Positions 52,468 through 63,277 are shown, numbered from the stretch's first letter. The stretch is 64,000 bases of DNA from Zoogloeaceae bacterium (GCA_031273565.1 JAISRR010000175.1:10651-74650), one strand, 5' to 3'. The notes: generated by a model not told the origin, from the sequence alone. Numbers and translations: made by a program.

Positions 52468-52863
52468 CTATGTGCGCCGGGAGACGAAATTTGCCACGGT
52501 TTGCAGCAGGCTGTCCTTGGTGAATGGCTTGGTCAGGTATTGATTGGAGCCGACCAGACGACCTTTGGCGCGATCGAAAAGTCCGTCCTTGGACGAAAGC
52601 ATGATGACGGGAGTATTACCAAAACGCGCGTTTTTCTTGACCAGAGCGCAGGTCTGATAACCATCCAGGCGAGGCATCATGATATCGCAGAAAATGATAT
52701 CCGGTTGGTGGCTGGCAATCTTGGAGAGCGCGTCGAAACCGTCTTCCGCCAAAATCACTTCGCAGCCCACCTGAAGCAGGAATATTTCCGCACTGCGTCG
52801 TATGGTGCGACTGTCGTCGATCACCATTACCTTCGCGCCGCTCAGGCTTGCAATATCGGTCAA
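52468..52863 (-). CDS. pilG: Response regulator PilG
   Basis: IDDSRTIRRSAE and SSKDGLFDRAKGRLVG; TTG start after an AGGGGG RBS. Confidence 0.92.
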   Translation of the reverse strand: MTDIASLSGAKVMVIDDSRTIRRSAEIFLLQVGCEVILAEDGFDALSKIASHQPDIIFCDIMMPRLDGYQTCALVKKNARFGNTPVIMLSSKDGLFDRAKGRLVGSNQYLTKPFTKDSLLQTVANFVSRRT

Positions 52864-53127
52864 TTCATCCCCCCTTTGGATTACTGGGTAATTGTTGTGC
52901 TGTAGCAATAAACATGCACAGTCTACGCCAGAACAGTCAAAATGACTATCCATACACGCATGGACTGTACATTATTCTTCCTGTAAATATTTTTGTAAAC
53001 TGAAAGCAGCTTTCGCATTCAGCAATGCGTGATAGAGGCTTTCGGGTAAAATCGTGCCAATCTTACCCAAACATCCCTTGATCCGCCACTCTTTCGCTAC
53101 TTTCGTACCCATCTGGCGGAAAAACGC

Positions 53128-53940
53128 ATGCATTCTTCCCGTTTTCATCCTTCCGCTCCCCCGCCCGGCGTGCTTGTTTTCGCCGCCAGCGACCCCGTTT
53201 CGGGCGCTGGCGTGCAGGCCGACCTGCTGACCCTCGCCGCTCTGGGTTGCCATCCGACGACGGCGATCACGGCGCTGACCGTGCAGGATACGGTCGGCGT
53301 AACGAGCGTATACCCGGTTGCGGCGGAAATAGTCGACCAACAGGCGCGCGCCGTACTCGCGGACATGCCGATAACGGCGTTCAAAGTCGGCGTATTGGGG
53401 AGTGTAGAGAATGTGGCGGCGGTCGCCGCCATCGCGGCGGATTATCCGGACATTCCGCTGGTGCTCGATCCGGTACTCGCGTCGGGGCGCGGCGACGCTT
53501 TCGCCGACGACGAACTGATTGCCGCCCTGATCGAACATCTTTTTCCACGCGCCGCCCTGATTACGCCCAATACCGTGGAAGCGCGACGCCTGACCGCCAT
53601 GGATCATCCCGACGATCCGGAACAAATTGCCGCGCGCCTGCTCGCCTGTGGCCCCCGACACGCGCTTCTGACCGGCGCGCACGAACCCGGCGATTCCGTC
53701 TGCAACCGCCTCTACGACGCGAACGGCCTGTTGCGCGCGGATTGCTGGCCGCGTCTGCCGGGCGAATTTCACGGTTCCGGCTGCACCCTGGCTTCCGCCT
53801 GCGCCGCCGGACTCGCTCAAGGTCAGAACATGCCTCTGGCGGTGCGCGCGGCACAGGTTTTTACCTGGCAAAGCCTCGCGCGCGCCTTTCGCCCCGGTCA
53901 GGGGCAATACCTTCCCTGGCGACTGTTTCATGGCGACTGA
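53128..53940 (+). CDS. thiD: Hydroxymethylpyrimidine/phosphomethylpyrimidine kinase
   Basis: DPVSGAGVQAD, TALTVQDT, TPNTVEA and HGSGCTLASA. Confidence 0.88.
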   Translation: MHSSRFHPSAPPPGVLVFAASDPVSGAGVQADLLTLAALGCHPTTAITALTVQDTVGVTSVYPVAAEIVDQQARAVLADMPITAFKVGVLGSVENVAAVAAIAADYPDIPLVLDPVLASGRGDAFADDELIAALIEHLFPRAALITPNTVEARRLTAMDHPDDPEQIAARLLACGPRHALLTGAHEPGDSVCNRLYDANGLLRADCWPRLPGEFHGSGCTLASACAAGLAQGQNMPLAVRAAQVFTWQSLARAFRPGQGQYLPWRLFHGD

Positions 53941-54604
53941 AGCCCCGCCGCTGTCCGGCCTTTACGCCGTAACACCCGACATCCCGGATACCGGGACGTT
54001 GATCCGCGCTGTCGCCGCCGTAATCGAGGGCGGTTGCCGTCTGGTGCAATACCGCAACAAAACAGCGGATGACGGCTTGCGCCTTGCACAGGCAAAAGCC
54101 TTGCAGAGCCTTTGCCTGTCATACGACGCGCGCCTGATCGTCAATGACGATACATTGCTCGCAGAGGCCGTTGGCGCGGCGGGCGTGCATTTGGGACGCG
54201 ACGATGGCGAGGTGGCGTTTGCCCGTAAAATACTGGGCGAAGCCGCCCTCATCGGCGCATCCTGCTACAACGATTTTGCGCGGGCGCAAAAGGCCGTTGC
54301 CGGGGGCGCGAGTTACATCGCCTTCGGCGCGGTTTATCCTTCGCCGAGCAAACCCGGAGCGCCACGGGCATCGCCCGAAATTTTCCAGCGTGCCCGCCAG
54401 ACATTTTGTACGCCTCTGTGCGCCATCGGCGGTATTACCCTGAAGAACGCCGCGCCGCTGATTTCCGCAGGGGCAAGTCTGCTGGCCGTCATCAGCGACC
54501 TTTTTCAACGCGACCCGGCGCACGCGACTAAACGCGCCGCCGCCTACCAACAACTTTTCGCTCAGGAGAACGCCCGCCATGTCCCGCAACCAGTCCTTGT
54601 TTGA
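53930..54604 (+). CDS. thiE: Thiamine-phosphate synthase
   Basis: [19 protein letters not shown] and AIGGI. Confidence 0.92.
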   Translation: MATEAPPLSGLYAVTPDIPDTGTLIRAVAAVIEGGCRLVQYRNKTADDGLRLAQAKALQSLCLSYDARLIVNDDTLLAEAVGAAGVHLGRDDGEVAFARKILGEAALIGASCYNDFARAQKAVAGGASYIAFGAVYPSPSKPGAPRASPEIFQRARQTFCTPLCAIGGITLKNAAPLISAGASLLAVISDLFQRDPAHATKRAAAYQQLFAQENARHVPQPVLV

Positions 54605-55877
54605 ACGCGCCCAACGCCACATCCCCGGCGGCGTGAATTCCCCGGTGCGCGCCTTCCGTTCCGTGGGCGGCGCGCCCCGTTTCTTCGCCAAAGGGGAGGG
54701 CGCGCATTTCATTGATGCGGACGGCAAGCGCTATCTGGATTACGTCGGCTCCTGGGGGCCGCTGATTCTGGGGCACGCTCATCCAGAGGTCATCACTGCC
54801 GTGCAGGCCGCCGCCGCCGACGGACTTTCCTTCGGCGCGCCCATCGAAGCCGAAATCGAACTCGCCGAATTGCTCTGCCGCCTCGTGCCCTCGCTGGACA
54901 TGGTGCGTCTGGTCTCATCCGGCACGGAAGCGACGATGAGCGCCATCCGGCTGGCGCGCGGTCATACCGGACGCGACCTGCTGGTGAAATTTGAGGGCTG
55001 TTACCACGGTCACAGCGACAGTCTGCTGGTCAAAGCCGGTTCCGGGCTGCTCACCTTTGGCGACCTCGCGCAGGGCAGCCCCTCTTCCGGCGGCGTTCCG
55101 GCAGACATCGCCAAACACACGCTGGTGCTGCCCTACAACGACGCGGCGGCGCTCGCCGAAGCGTTCGCCAGACAAGGCGACCGGATCGCCGCCCTCATCG
55201 TGGAGCCGGTCGCGGGCAACATGAACCTGATCGCGCCCAAGCCCGAATTCCTCGCCACCGCCCGCGAACTCACCGCGAAACATGGCGCGGTGTTGATTTT
55301 CGATGAAGTGATGACCGGCTTTCGCGTCGGTCTGCAATCCGCGCAGGGACTTTTCGGCATCACGCCCGATCTGTCCACCTTCGGCAAAGTCATCGGCGGC
55401 GGCATGCCGCTGGCGGCCTTCGGCGGACGCCGCGACATCATGGAAAAAATCGCGCCGCTGGGGCCGGTGTATCAGGCGGGCACCCTCTCCGGCAACCCGG
55501 TCGCCGTGGCGGCTGGCCTCGCCACACTGAAACTGGTTCAGGCGCCCGGTTTTTACAAGCATCTCACCGCGCGTGCCCGACAACTTTGCGACGGACTAAG
55601 CGCAGCGGCGCAAAAACAGGGGGTCGCCTTCTGCGCGCAAAACATCGGCGGCATGTTCGGTCTGTATTTCACAGCAACACTCCCCCATAATTTCACCGAA
55701 GTCACGCGCGCCGATACGGCGGCGTTCGGACGTTTTTTCCACGCCCTGCTGGAAACCGGGCATTATTTTGCGCCCTCGGCCTTCGAGGCCGGTTTCGTTT
55801 CCGCAGCGCATACCGAAGCCGACATCGCCAGCACCATCGCCGCCGCTGAAGCCTATTTTCAGTCTGCGGGACATTGA
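54579..55877 (+). CDS. hemL: Glutamate-1-semialdehyde 2,1-aminomutase
   Basis: [28 protein letters not shown] and [10 protein letters not shown]. Confidence 0.96.
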   Translation: MSRNQSLFERAQRHIPGGVNSPVRAFRSVGGAPRFFAKGEGAHFIDADGKRYLDYVGSWGPLILGHAHPEVITAVQAAAADGLSFGAPIEAEIELAELLCRLVPSLDMVRLVSSGTEATMSAIRLARGHTGRDLLVKFEGCYHGHSDSLLVKAGSGLLTFGDLAQGSPSSGGVPADIAKHTLVLPYNDAAALAEAFARQGDRIAALIVEPVAGNMNLIAPKPEFLATARELTAKHGAVLIFDEVMTGFRVGLQSAQGLFGITPDLSTFGKVIGGGMPLAAFGGRRDIMEKIAPLGPVYQAGTLSGNPVAVAAGLATLKLVQAPGFYKHLTARARQLCDGLSAAAQKQGVAFCAQNIGGMFGLYFTATLPHNFTEVTRADTAAFGRFFHALLETGHYFAPSAFEAGFVSAAHTEADIASTIAAAEAYFQSAGH

Positions 55878-55916
55878 TTCCTGATTCCCGTCTTCCGTCA
55901 TGTAAAATCCTCGCCC

Positions 55917-56348
55917 ATGAAAAACACTCTCTCCCCCACCGCCGTTTTCTCCATTCCCGTGCGCATCTATTACGAAGACACCGATGCGGGCGGGGTGGTG
56001 TATTACGCCAATTACCTGAAATTTTTTGAACGCTGCCGCACGGAATGGGTACGCAGTCTGGGTTGCGACCAGGCGGCGTTGTTGCGCGATGAAGGCATTG
56101 TTTTTGTCGTGCGTAACGTCAGCGCCGATTATTTGCAAGCGGGACGGCTGGATGATCTGCTCGCGGTGACGCTGGCGGTGGAAAAGCTGGGGCACACCCA
56201 TATTGTGCTCTCCCAGTCCGTCTGCCGCGAGGGAACGCCGCTGGTGACGGCTACCGTCCGCATTGTCTGCGTGCGCCAGACCGAACAAGGCCTGAAAACC
56301 GCGCCCATTCCGCACGATCTGCGGCAAAAACTGGAGCCTCTGCCATGA
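55917..56348 (+). CDS. ybgC: Tol-pal-associated acyl-CoA thioesterase
   Basis: YYEDTDAGGVVYYANYL; upstream of tolQ. Confidence 0.93.
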   Translation: MKNTLSPTAVFSIPVRIYYEDTDAGGVVYYANYLKFFERCRTEWVRSLGCDQAALLRDEGIVFVVRNVSADYLQAGRLDDLLAVTLAVEKLGHTHIVLSQSVCREGTPLVTATVRIVCVRQTEQGLKTAPIPHDLRQKLEPLP

Positions 56349-57022
56349 ATCTCACCCAGGATATGTCCATCCTGCAACTGATTCTGAACGCCAGCGCCGT
56401 CGTGCAGGTGGTCATGGCGATTCTGATCGGCATCTCTTTCATGTCCTGGTTCTACATTTTCAGGAAATGGTACGCCGTGCGCGATTCGCGCCAGAAGACC
56501 GAAAACTTTGAACGCGACTTCTGGTCAGGCGGCGATCTCAACAGCCTCTACAACAGCGCCGTAAACGATCGCCATCGCGCGGGCAGCATGGAGCGCATCT
56601 TCGAAGCCGGATTCCGCGAATTCTCCAAGCTGAAAGTGCAGAAAGGGCTGGAAGCCAGCGATGTCATCGACGGCGCGCGCCGCGCCATGCGCGCCACCTA
56701 CCAGCGCGAGCTGGACGGGCTGGAAGCGCATCTCTCCTTCCTGGCCTCCGTCGGCTCCGTTTCGCCCTACATCGGGCTGTTCGGCACCGTCTGGGGCATC
56801 ATGCACGCCTTTCGCGCCCTGGGGAACGTCGGTCAGGCCACGCTGTCTTCCGTCGCGCCCGGCATCGCCGAGGCGCTGGTCGCCACCGCCATCGGTCTCT
56901 TCGCCGCCATTCCCGCCGTGCTCGCCTACAACCGTTTCGCGCACGACATCGACCGGCTGGCGACCCGCCACGAATCCTTCATGGAGGAATTTTCCAACAT
57001 CCTCCAGCGCCAGATGCGTTGA
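56345..57022 (+). CDS. tolQ: TolQ
   Basis: SPYIGLFGTVWGIM and PGIAEALVATAIGL. Confidence 0.95.
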   Translation: MNLTQDMSILQLILNASAVVQVVMAILIGISFMSWFYIFRKWYAVRDSRQKTENFERDFWSGGDLNSLYNSAVNDRHRAGSMERIFEAGFREFSKLKVQKGLEASDVIDGARRAMRATYQRELDGLEAHLSFLASVGSVSPYIGLFGTVWGIMHAFRALGNVGQATLSSVAPGIAEALVATAIGLFAAIPAVLAYNRFAHDIDRLATRHESFMEEFSNILQRQMR

Positions 57023-57037
57023 AGACGGGAGACTGCC

Positions 57038-57433
57038 ATGCGACCCCGCCGTCTGAAAAACGAAATCAACGTCGTTCCCTACATTGATGTCATGCTGGTG
57101 CTGCTGGTGATTTTCATGGTGGCGGCGCCCATGTTGCAAACCGGTTCCGTTGACCTGCCCACCGTCGAAAAATCCAATATCGCGCCGCAAGATCCGTTGC
57201 GTATCGAAGTCGGCGCAAGCGGCGAGCTGACCATCGTGGATGAAGCGGGCGCGCGCGCCGTAAACAAGGCGGAACTCCCCGGTTTTCTCGCGGTGGCGCA
57301 GGAAAAAATCCCGCAGCCTGCCGTGCTGGTGGCGGGTGACAAAGCCGCCAGTTATGAATCGGTGCTGACCGTGCTGGACGAAATCAAGAAACTCGGCTTT
57401 GACCGCGTGGGACTTGAAACGGCCCGCAAGTGA
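57038..57433 (+). CDS. tolR: TolR
   Basis: EINVVPYIDVMLVLLVIFM. Confidence 0.94.
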   Translation: MRPRRLKNEINVVPYIDVMLVLLVIFMVAAPMLQTGSVDLPTVEKSNIAPQDPLRIEVGASGELTIVDEAGARAVNKAELPGFLAVAQEKIPQPAVLVAGDKAASYESVLTVLDEIKKLGFDRVGLETARK

Positions 57434-57443
57434 GCCTTTGGCA

Positions 57444-58151
57444 ATGATTCTGGAAACCGCCCCGGAACCCGGCAAAAAACAGGCGTTGGCGTTCTCCATC
57501 GGCGTACATCTGCTGCTCGTGCTGGCGCTGTTCCTCGGCGTGCAATGGAAAACCGAACATGTGGCGGTGGAAGTGGAATTGTGGTCAGCCATCCCGCAAC
57601 CGGCCACCGCGTTGCCGCCGCCCGCCGCCCGCACGCCGAAACCGGAACCCGTCGAGAAGCCTCCGGCGAAAAGAAAAGCGGACATCGCGGTGAAGGACGA
57701 GAAAAAACCCAAACCGGAAGAAAAAAAGCCCCCGCGAGCAGTGGAAAAACCCGATCCCGCGAAGGAACTGCAAAAACAGCTCGCCGAAGAGGATCGGGAG
57801 CGGCGACAAAAGGACAGGGAAGCCGAATTACGGGCGCTGGCGGATGCTGAACAACAGGCAGCAGGCCGGAAAAGCGCCGAGGCGGCCTGGTCCGGAAAAA
57901 TCCGCAGCAAGGTGCAAGGCAATATCGTGCTCCCCCCCACTATACAAGGGAACCCGGAAGCGGTTTTTGAAGTGAATCTGCTGCCCACCTGCGAAATCGT
58001 CGGTCAGCCGCGCCTCATCCATTCCAGTGGCAACCCCGCTCTGGATGCCGCAATTCTACGCGCCATCCTGAAATCCTCGCCGCTTCCCAAACCCGACGAT
58101 CCTTCTGTTTTCCAGCGCACGCTGGAAATCACTTACCGCCCTTACGAATAG
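57444..58151 (+). CDS. tolA: TolA
   Basis: TM helix with SxxxH (SIGVH), P/K/E-rich linker and TonB-like C-domain SSGNPALD. Confidence 0.88.
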   Translation: MILETAPEPGKKQALAFSIGVHLLLVLALFLGVQWKTEHVAVEVELWSAIPQPATALPPPAARTPKPEPVEKPPAKRKADIAVKDEKKPKPEEKKPPRAVEKPDPAKELQKQLAEEDRERRQKDREAELRALADAEQQAAGRKSAEAAWSGKIRSKVQGNIVLPPTIQGNPEAVFEVNLLPTCEIVGQPRLIHSSGNPALDAAILRAILKSSPLPKPDDPSVFQRTLEITYRPYE

Positions 58152-58211
58152 CCCTCTGTATAATTTCTGGAACATGTGCAACCCGTCCAACATGCAACGA
58201 GCCAAATCAAC

Positions 58212-59498
58212 ATGAATCAGACAGCCTTTTTTCGTTTCGTCCGCCCGCTTTTGACCGCCGCCCTTCTGGGCGCGGGCGTTTCCGCCCACGCCCAGCTCGC
58301 CATCGAAATCACCGGCGCGGGCGCGCATCAGATTCCCGTCGCCATCACCGAGTTCAGCGGCGATGCCGGCAGCAGTCGGGCGCTGACTTCCGTCGTGCGC
58401 AGCGATCTGGAGCGCAGCGGTATGTTCCGTCTGCTGGATACCGGCAACGTGACCCTGACCGAAACTTCCGCCATCGACTACAACGGCTGGAAAAGCATCG
58501 GCGCGGACGCCCTTGCCGCCGGCAGCCTGGGGCGCAGCGCGGATGGTCGTCTGGAAGCGCGTTTTCGTCTCTACGACATCAACCGCCAGGACAATCTGGG
58601 CGGCGCGGCCTATCTCACCGCCGTGCCGCAACTGCGCGCCGCCGGGCATCGCATCGCCGATTACATCTACGAAAAACTGACCGGCGAGAAGGGGGTGTTT
58701 TCCACCCGCATCGCCTATGTCTACAAATCGAGGGGACGCTACGAACTGCGCATCGCCGATTCCGATGGTCAGAACGCCCAAACCGCGCTGGTTTCTTCCG
58801 AACCCATCATTTCCCCGGCCTGGTCGCCGGATGGCGCGCGTATCGCCTACGTTTCCTTCGAAAACAAAAAACCCATCATCTTCGTGCATTCGCTCTCGAC
58901 CGGCAGTCGGCAGGTCATCGCCAATTTCAAAGGCTCCAATTCCGCGCCCGCATGGTCGCCGGATGGCGCGCGGCTGGCGATTGTGCTCACCAAGGACGGC
59001 AGTTCGCAAATCTACACCATCGCCGTCAGCGGCGGCGGTCTGACCCGGCTCACCACTTCGGCGGGCATCGACACCGAACCGCAATTTTCCGCCGATGGCG
59101 CCTATGTCTACTTCACTTCCGATCGGGGCGGCAGTCCGCAGATTTACCGGGTTCCCGTCCGTGGCGGCGCGGTGGAGCGCATCACCTTCGAAAGCAGTTA
59201 CAATGTTTCGCCACGACCTTCGCCCGATGGCAAAAGCCTCGCTTTCATCACCCGTCGGGATGGGCGTTTCCAGCTTGCGGTCATGGATTTGCAAAGCCGT
59301 CAGGTGCAGCTGCTTTCGGAATCAGGCCGGGATGAATCGCCCAGTTTCGCGCCCAACAGCCGCATGATCGTGCTGGCGACGGAAGCAGGCGGGCGCGGCG
59401 TGTTGTCTGCGGTTTCCATTGATGGTCGCATCCGGCAACGCCTGTCCGTCCCGGCGGGCGATATACGCGAACCCGCCTGGGGGCCGTTCATTAAATAA
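58212..59498 (+). CDS. tolB: TolB
   Basis: PAWSPDG beta-propeller repeats; HRIADYIYEKLTG. Confidence 0.95.
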   Translation: MNQTAFFRFVRPLLTAALLGAGVSAHAQLAIEITGAGAHQIPVAITEFSGDAGSSRALTSVVRSDLERSGMFRLLDTGNVTLTETSAIDYNGWKSIGADALAAGSLGRSADGRLEARFRLYDINRQDNLGGAAYLTAVPQLRAAGHRIADYIYEKLTGEKGVFSTRIAYVYKSRGRYELRIADSDGQNAQTALVSSEPIISPAWSPDGARIAYVSFENKKPIIFVHSLSTGSRQVIANFKGSNSAPAWSPDGARLAIVLTKDGSSQIYTIAVSGGGLTRLTTSAGIDTEPQFSADGAYVYFTSDRGGSPQIYRVPVRGGAVERITFESSYNVSPRPSPDGKSLAFITRRDGRFQLAVMDLQSRQVQLLSESGRDESPSFAPNSRMIVLATEAGGRGVLSAVSIDGRIRQRLSVPAGDIREPAWGPFIK

Positions 59499-59580
59499 GC
59501 AAATGCGGAAGACGAAGTTTGCAAACCCTATAAAATCTGCCAAAGTTCTTAACCGCATTCAACCAACTGGAGTCGTTCAC

Positions 59581-60105
59581 ATGAAAAAATTTGCCTCTTT
59601 TGCCATTCTGACCTTGTTGCTCGCCCTGGCCGGTTGCGGCACCACCAAAGAGCCGGAAACCGGCGGCGCGCCGGTGGAAAACCGCGATCCCAACTCAAGC
59701 GTCACCCGTGTTGAAACGTCTGGACCCAGTGGCGCCAACCTGCCCGCCATCCTCACGAGCGGCGTACTCGCCCAACGCAGCGTTTATTTCGCGCTGGATC
59801 GCTACGATGTGGCGGAAGACTATCGCGGCCTGCTCGCCGCGCACGCCAACTTTCTGGTGGAAAACCGCAATTTCAAGGTGCTGATTCAAGGCAACACCGA
59901 TGAACGCGGCAGTCACGAATACAACCTCTCGCTGGGACAAAAGCGCGCCGAAGCCGTAAAGCGAATCCTGCTGCTCTTGGGCGTGCGTGAAGATCAGGTG
60001 GAAGCGGTCAGTCTGGGCGAAGAAAAACCCCGCGCCGAAGGCCATGACGAAAGCGCCTGGGCGCAAAATCGTCGCGCCGACATTCTTTATTCCGGCGAAT
60101 ATTGA
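59581..60105 (+). CDS. pal: Peptidoglycan-associated lipoprotein Pal
   Basis: Lipobox LAGC; GNTDERGSHEYNLSLG and NRRA. Confidence 0.95.
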   Translation: MKKFASFAILTLLLALAGCGTTKEPETGGAPVENRDPNSSVTRVETSGPSGANLPAILTSGVLAQRSVYFALDRYDVAEDYRGLLAAHANFLVENRNFKVLIQGNTDERGSHEYNLSLGQKRAEAVKRILLLLGVREDQVEAVSLGEEKPRAEGHDESAWAQNRRADILYSGEY

Positions 60106-60107
60106 CC

Positions 60108-60827
60108 ATGAAACCCCTCGCTCTGCCCCTGCTGCTCTGCGCGGGCGCGTTGCTGATCGCGCCCGTCGCAGAGGCGGGTCTGTTCGACGACGACGGCGCC
60201 CGTCAGCAGATCATTGATCTGAAAACGGCAACCGACGCCCGCATCGAAACCCTGACCCAGGCGCAACTGGAACTCGCCACCCAACTCATGGGCTTGCGCG
60301 AGGACATCTCCCGCTTGCGCGGCGAAATTGAAACCCTGCAGTACGAGAACGAGCAGGCCAAGAAACGCCTGCAGGATCTCTATCTCGATCTGGACAGTCG
60401 CCTTTCTCCCCTGGAATCGCGCGACAGCGCCGGGAGCGGCGCGCTGCTCTCCGCCGACCCGGTCGCCGAAAACAAGGCCTACGAAAACGCCCTCGACCAG
60501 TTCCGGGCGGGCAAATACCCGGCAGCGGCCTCGGCTTTTGCCGCCTTCGTCCAGAGCTATCCCAACAGCGACATGGCGCCCAACGCGCAATTCTGGCTGG
60601 GCAATGCCTGGTACGCCCAACGGCAGTGTAGTCAGGCCATTGACGCGCAACTTGTCGTCACCACTCGCTGGCCGGATTCCGCCCGCGCCCCGGACGCCCT
60701 GCTTGCCATCGCCAACTGCCAGCGCGACGCGGGCAACACCACCGCCGCCCGACGCACCCTGATCAATCTTGTTGAAAAATATCCAGATTCGCAGGCGGCG
60801 ATACAGGCAAAACAACGCCTCCGATAA
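60108..60827 (+). CDS. cpoB: Tol-pal protein YbgF/CpoB
   Basis: AGLFDDD, coiled coil and TPR motif APNAQFWLG. Confidence 0.92.
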   Translation: MKPLALPLLLCAGALLIAPVAEAGLFDDDGARQQIIDLKTATDARIETLTQAQLELATQLMGLREDISRLRGEIETLQYENEQAKKRLQDLYLDLDSRLSPLESRDSAGSGALLSADPVAENKAYENALDQFRAGKYPAAASAFAAFVQSYPNSDMAPNAQFWLGNAWYAQRQCSQAIDAQLVVTTRWPDSARAPDALLAIANCQRDAGNTTAARRTLINLVEKYPDSQAAIQAKQRLR

Positions 60828-61487
60828 ATGCCTCTGGAATCCACGGCCGCAACGCTGCGCATCAGCGAAATTTTTTTCTCCCTGCAAGGCGAAGCCGCCC
60901 GCATCGGCCTGCCCAGCGTCTTCATCCGTCTGACCGGCTGCCCGTTGCGCTGCGCGTGGTGCGACACCGCTTACGCCTTCACCGGCGGCGAAACCCTGAC
61001 GCTGGCGGAAATTCTGGCGCGGGCGCGCGCCTGTCCCACCCGGCATGTCTGCGTCACGGGCGGCGAACCGCTGGCGCAAAAAAACTGCCTCGCCCTGCTC
61101 ACCCTGCTCTGTGACCAGGGTTACGATGCCGCGCTGGAAACCTCCGGCGCGCTCGACATCGGTGAGGTGGATGCCCGTGTCGCCCGCATTCTCGACCTCA
61201 AGACCCCAAGCTCCGGCGAAGTGGATAAAATCCGCTGGGAAAATCTCCCGCTCCTGACCCGACGGGACGAAATCAAAATCGTCATCGCCGACCGCGCCGA
61301 CTACGACTGGGCCACGGCCCGCATCCGCGAACATGAACTACCTGCCCGCTGCGGCGTGCTGTTTTCTCCGGTTCAGGGAAGGCAGGATGCAACCGAACTC
61401 GCCGAATGGATACTCGCCGACGGCCTCGATGTGCGCTTTCAGATACAGTTACACAAGCAGCTCTGGGGTAACATGCAGGGCAAGTGA
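60828..61487 (+). CDS. queE: 7-carboxy-7-deazaguanine synthase
   Basis: EIFFSLQGE, CPLRCAWCD, TGGEP and QLHK. Confidence 0.94.
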   Translation: MPLESTAATLRISEIFFSLQGEAARIGLPSVFIRLTGCPLRCAWCDTAYAFTGGETLTLAEILARARACPTRHVCVTGGEPLAQKNCLALLTLLCDQGYDAALETSGALDIGEVDARVARILDLKTPSSGEVDKIRWENLPLLTRRDEIKIVIADRADYDWATARIREHELPARCGVLFSPVQGRQDATELAEWILADGLDVRFQIQLHKQLWGNMQGK

Positions 61488-61509
61488 CCGATATTCGCTG
61501 GAGAACAAC

Positions 61510-61905
61510 ATGGAAACCAACCGCAGGCGTTTTTCGCGCATCCATTTCGACACGCCGGGACGACTGGCCTTTCAGGTCGGTGGAAAAGAACGGGAATGCG
61601 CGGTCGAAATCCTCGACCTGTCCCTGAAAGGCGCGCTCGTCAAGAGCGATGCCTCCACCGGACTCGCCATCGGCATGAACTGCACGCTGGAAGTCGGCCT
61701 GAACGACACGGACAATGACGACGCCCCGGAAGGCAACATCTACATGAGCGCCGAAATCGCGCATGTGCGGGATACGGACATCGGCCTGCGCTGCATTGAA
61801 ATCGACCTCGACAGCATCACCCACCTGCGCCGCCTCATCGAACTCAACCTGGGTGACGAAAGCCTGCTCGCGCGCGAACTGGACAAGCTCTCGCAGGGCC
61901 AATAG
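61510..61905 (+). CDS. PilZ domain c-di-GMP receptor
   Basis: RRRFSR (RxxxR), DLSLKG (DxSxxG) and C-terminal [12 protein letters not shown]; GGAGA RBS. Confidence 0.9.
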   Translation: METNRRRFSRIHFDTPGRLAFQVGGKERECAVEILDLSLKGALVKSDASTGLAIGMNCTLEVGLNDTDNDDAPEGNIYMSAEIAHVRDTDIGLRCIEIDLDSITHLRRLIELNLGDESLLARELDKLSQGQ

Positions 61906-61931
61906 CAACCCCTCTTTCTCCCGTTTTCTCC

Positions 61932-62606
61932 ATGTCTTCCAAAGCGGTTATCCTTCTTTCCGGCGGACTCGATTCCGCCACCTGTCTTGCCGAAGCGAAG
62001 CATCGCGGTTTTTCGGCCTGCTGCCTGTCATTCGATTACGGTCAGCGCCACCGCGCCGAACTCGACGCCGCCGCGCGGATCGCCGCCGCGCTGGGCGCTG
62101 CCGAACATCGCGTCCTGAAACTCGACCTCGCCCAATTCGGCGGTTCCGCCCTCACCGATACCCATCTCGATGTGCCCGTGGCGGGTGTAAAACCGGGCAT
62201 TCCCATCACCTACGTTCCCGCCCGCAACACCATCATGCTCTCGCTGGCGCTGGCCTGGGCAGAGGTGCTGGAAAGCCGTGATATTTTCGTCGGCGTCAAT
62301 GCCGTGGATTACTCCGGCTACCCGGATTGCCGCCCGGAATACATCGCCGCTTTTGAAACAATGGCGAATCTGGCGACCAAAGCCGGGGTTGAAGGCGCAA
62401 GGCTTTCCCTGCACACGCCGCTGATGGCGCTTTCCAAGGCAGAAATCATCCAGACGGGACAACGCCTGGGCGTCGATTACGGCCTCACGGTTTCCTGCTA
62501 TCAGGCCGACGAACAAGGCCGCGCCTGCGGCGTCTGCGACGCCTGCCGCCTGCGCCGCGAAGGTTTTTCAGCAGCCGGAATCCCCGACCCGACGCGGTAT
62601 CGGTAG
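61932..62606 (+). CDS. queC: 7-cyano-7-deazaguanine synthase
   Basis: SGGLDS, YVPARN, YPDCR and SCY...CGVCDAC. Confidence 0.96.
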   Translation: MSSKAVILLSGGLDSATCLAEAKHRGFSACCLSFDYGQRHRAELDAAARIAAALGAAEHRVLKLDLAQFGGSALTDTHLDVPVAGVKPGIPITYVPARNTIMLSLALAWAEVLESRDIFVGVNAVDYSGYPDCRPEYIAAFETMANLATKAGVEGARLSLHTPLMALSKAEIIQTGQRLGVDYGLTVSCYQADEQGRACGVCDACRLRREGFSAAGIPDPTRYR

Positions 62607-62674
62607 CAGCGGTTCATCCTTGCCAACAACGTAGGGCCAGCCTCTGATGCGCCAATCCTGACGGATAAAGACGA

Positions 62675-63166
62675 TCAGACCGTCATGCTTGTCTTCTGCG
62701 GTGAAAACCGGGCGCGAAAGCGTTCCAGCACGGGCGGCGGCCAGTCGATGGCGTCGAGCAGGTTCTTGATTGCCAGCCCCAGTTCGGTATCGCCCTCGAT
62801 GGTCAATTGACGGTTGAAAAACAGGGTGTCCGGGTCTTCCTGACGGGTAAGGAGTTTCAGGTAGGCGTGCAATTCGCCGCGAAAACTGACATCCGCCTCC
62901 TGCCCCTCCTCCTGATGCCAGACCGGGTAAAAAGTTCCGTTGCGACAGGTCAGCAGGGCTTCCGTGCCGCCATCCTCGACGGCAATGCGAACAATGCGGC
63001 CTTCGCACAATTCGGCGGCATCCGTCGGCAGCACGCCCAGACGGGCCGCGCCATTCAGGACAACGCAGAGTGGAATGGCGTGCGGCCATTGCGGCAGGCG
63101 ACGATTCAGCCTGCGGAACAAACCGGGAAGATGAAATTCGGGAATGGCGGGCAGGGTGAATGACAT
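62675..63166 (-). CDS. ubiT: SCP2-domain protein UbiT (YhbT)
   Basis: EDPDTLFFNRQLTIEGDTELGLAIKNLLD. Confidence 0.85.
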   Translation of the reverse strand: MSFTLPAIPEFHLPGLFRRLNRRLPQWPHAIPLCVVLNGAARLGVLPTDAAELCEGRIVRIAVEDGGTEALLTCRNGTFYPVWHQEEGQEADVSFRGELHAYLKLLTRQEDPDTLFFNRQLTIEGDTELGLAIKNLLDAIDWPPPVLERFRARFSPQKTSMTV

Positions 63167-63212
63167 GATGAATCAGCCGGAAGTGGACAGGCTGTCATTT
63201 TAACCCCTGGCG

Positions 63213-63277
63213 TCAGGGATCAGGCATCAAAACCAACCGCGTTACCCTGCCTTTGCGCCCTGCTCCCTGATACCTGA
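63213..63277. repeat. Inverted heptamer repeat pair
   Basis: TCAGGGA TCAGGCA TCA ... TGCTCCC TGATACC TGA. Confidence 0.5.

Noticed and set aside
53045-53060. Sigma54 promoter for pilG (minus strand TGGCACGATTTTAC)
   Set aside because: The -12 GC is replaced by AC; insufficient support.
60828-62606. queE/queC as a dpd-type 7-deazaguanine DNA modification system
   Set aside because: They sit in the standard tol-pal housekeeping context with no dpdA or other dpd genes.
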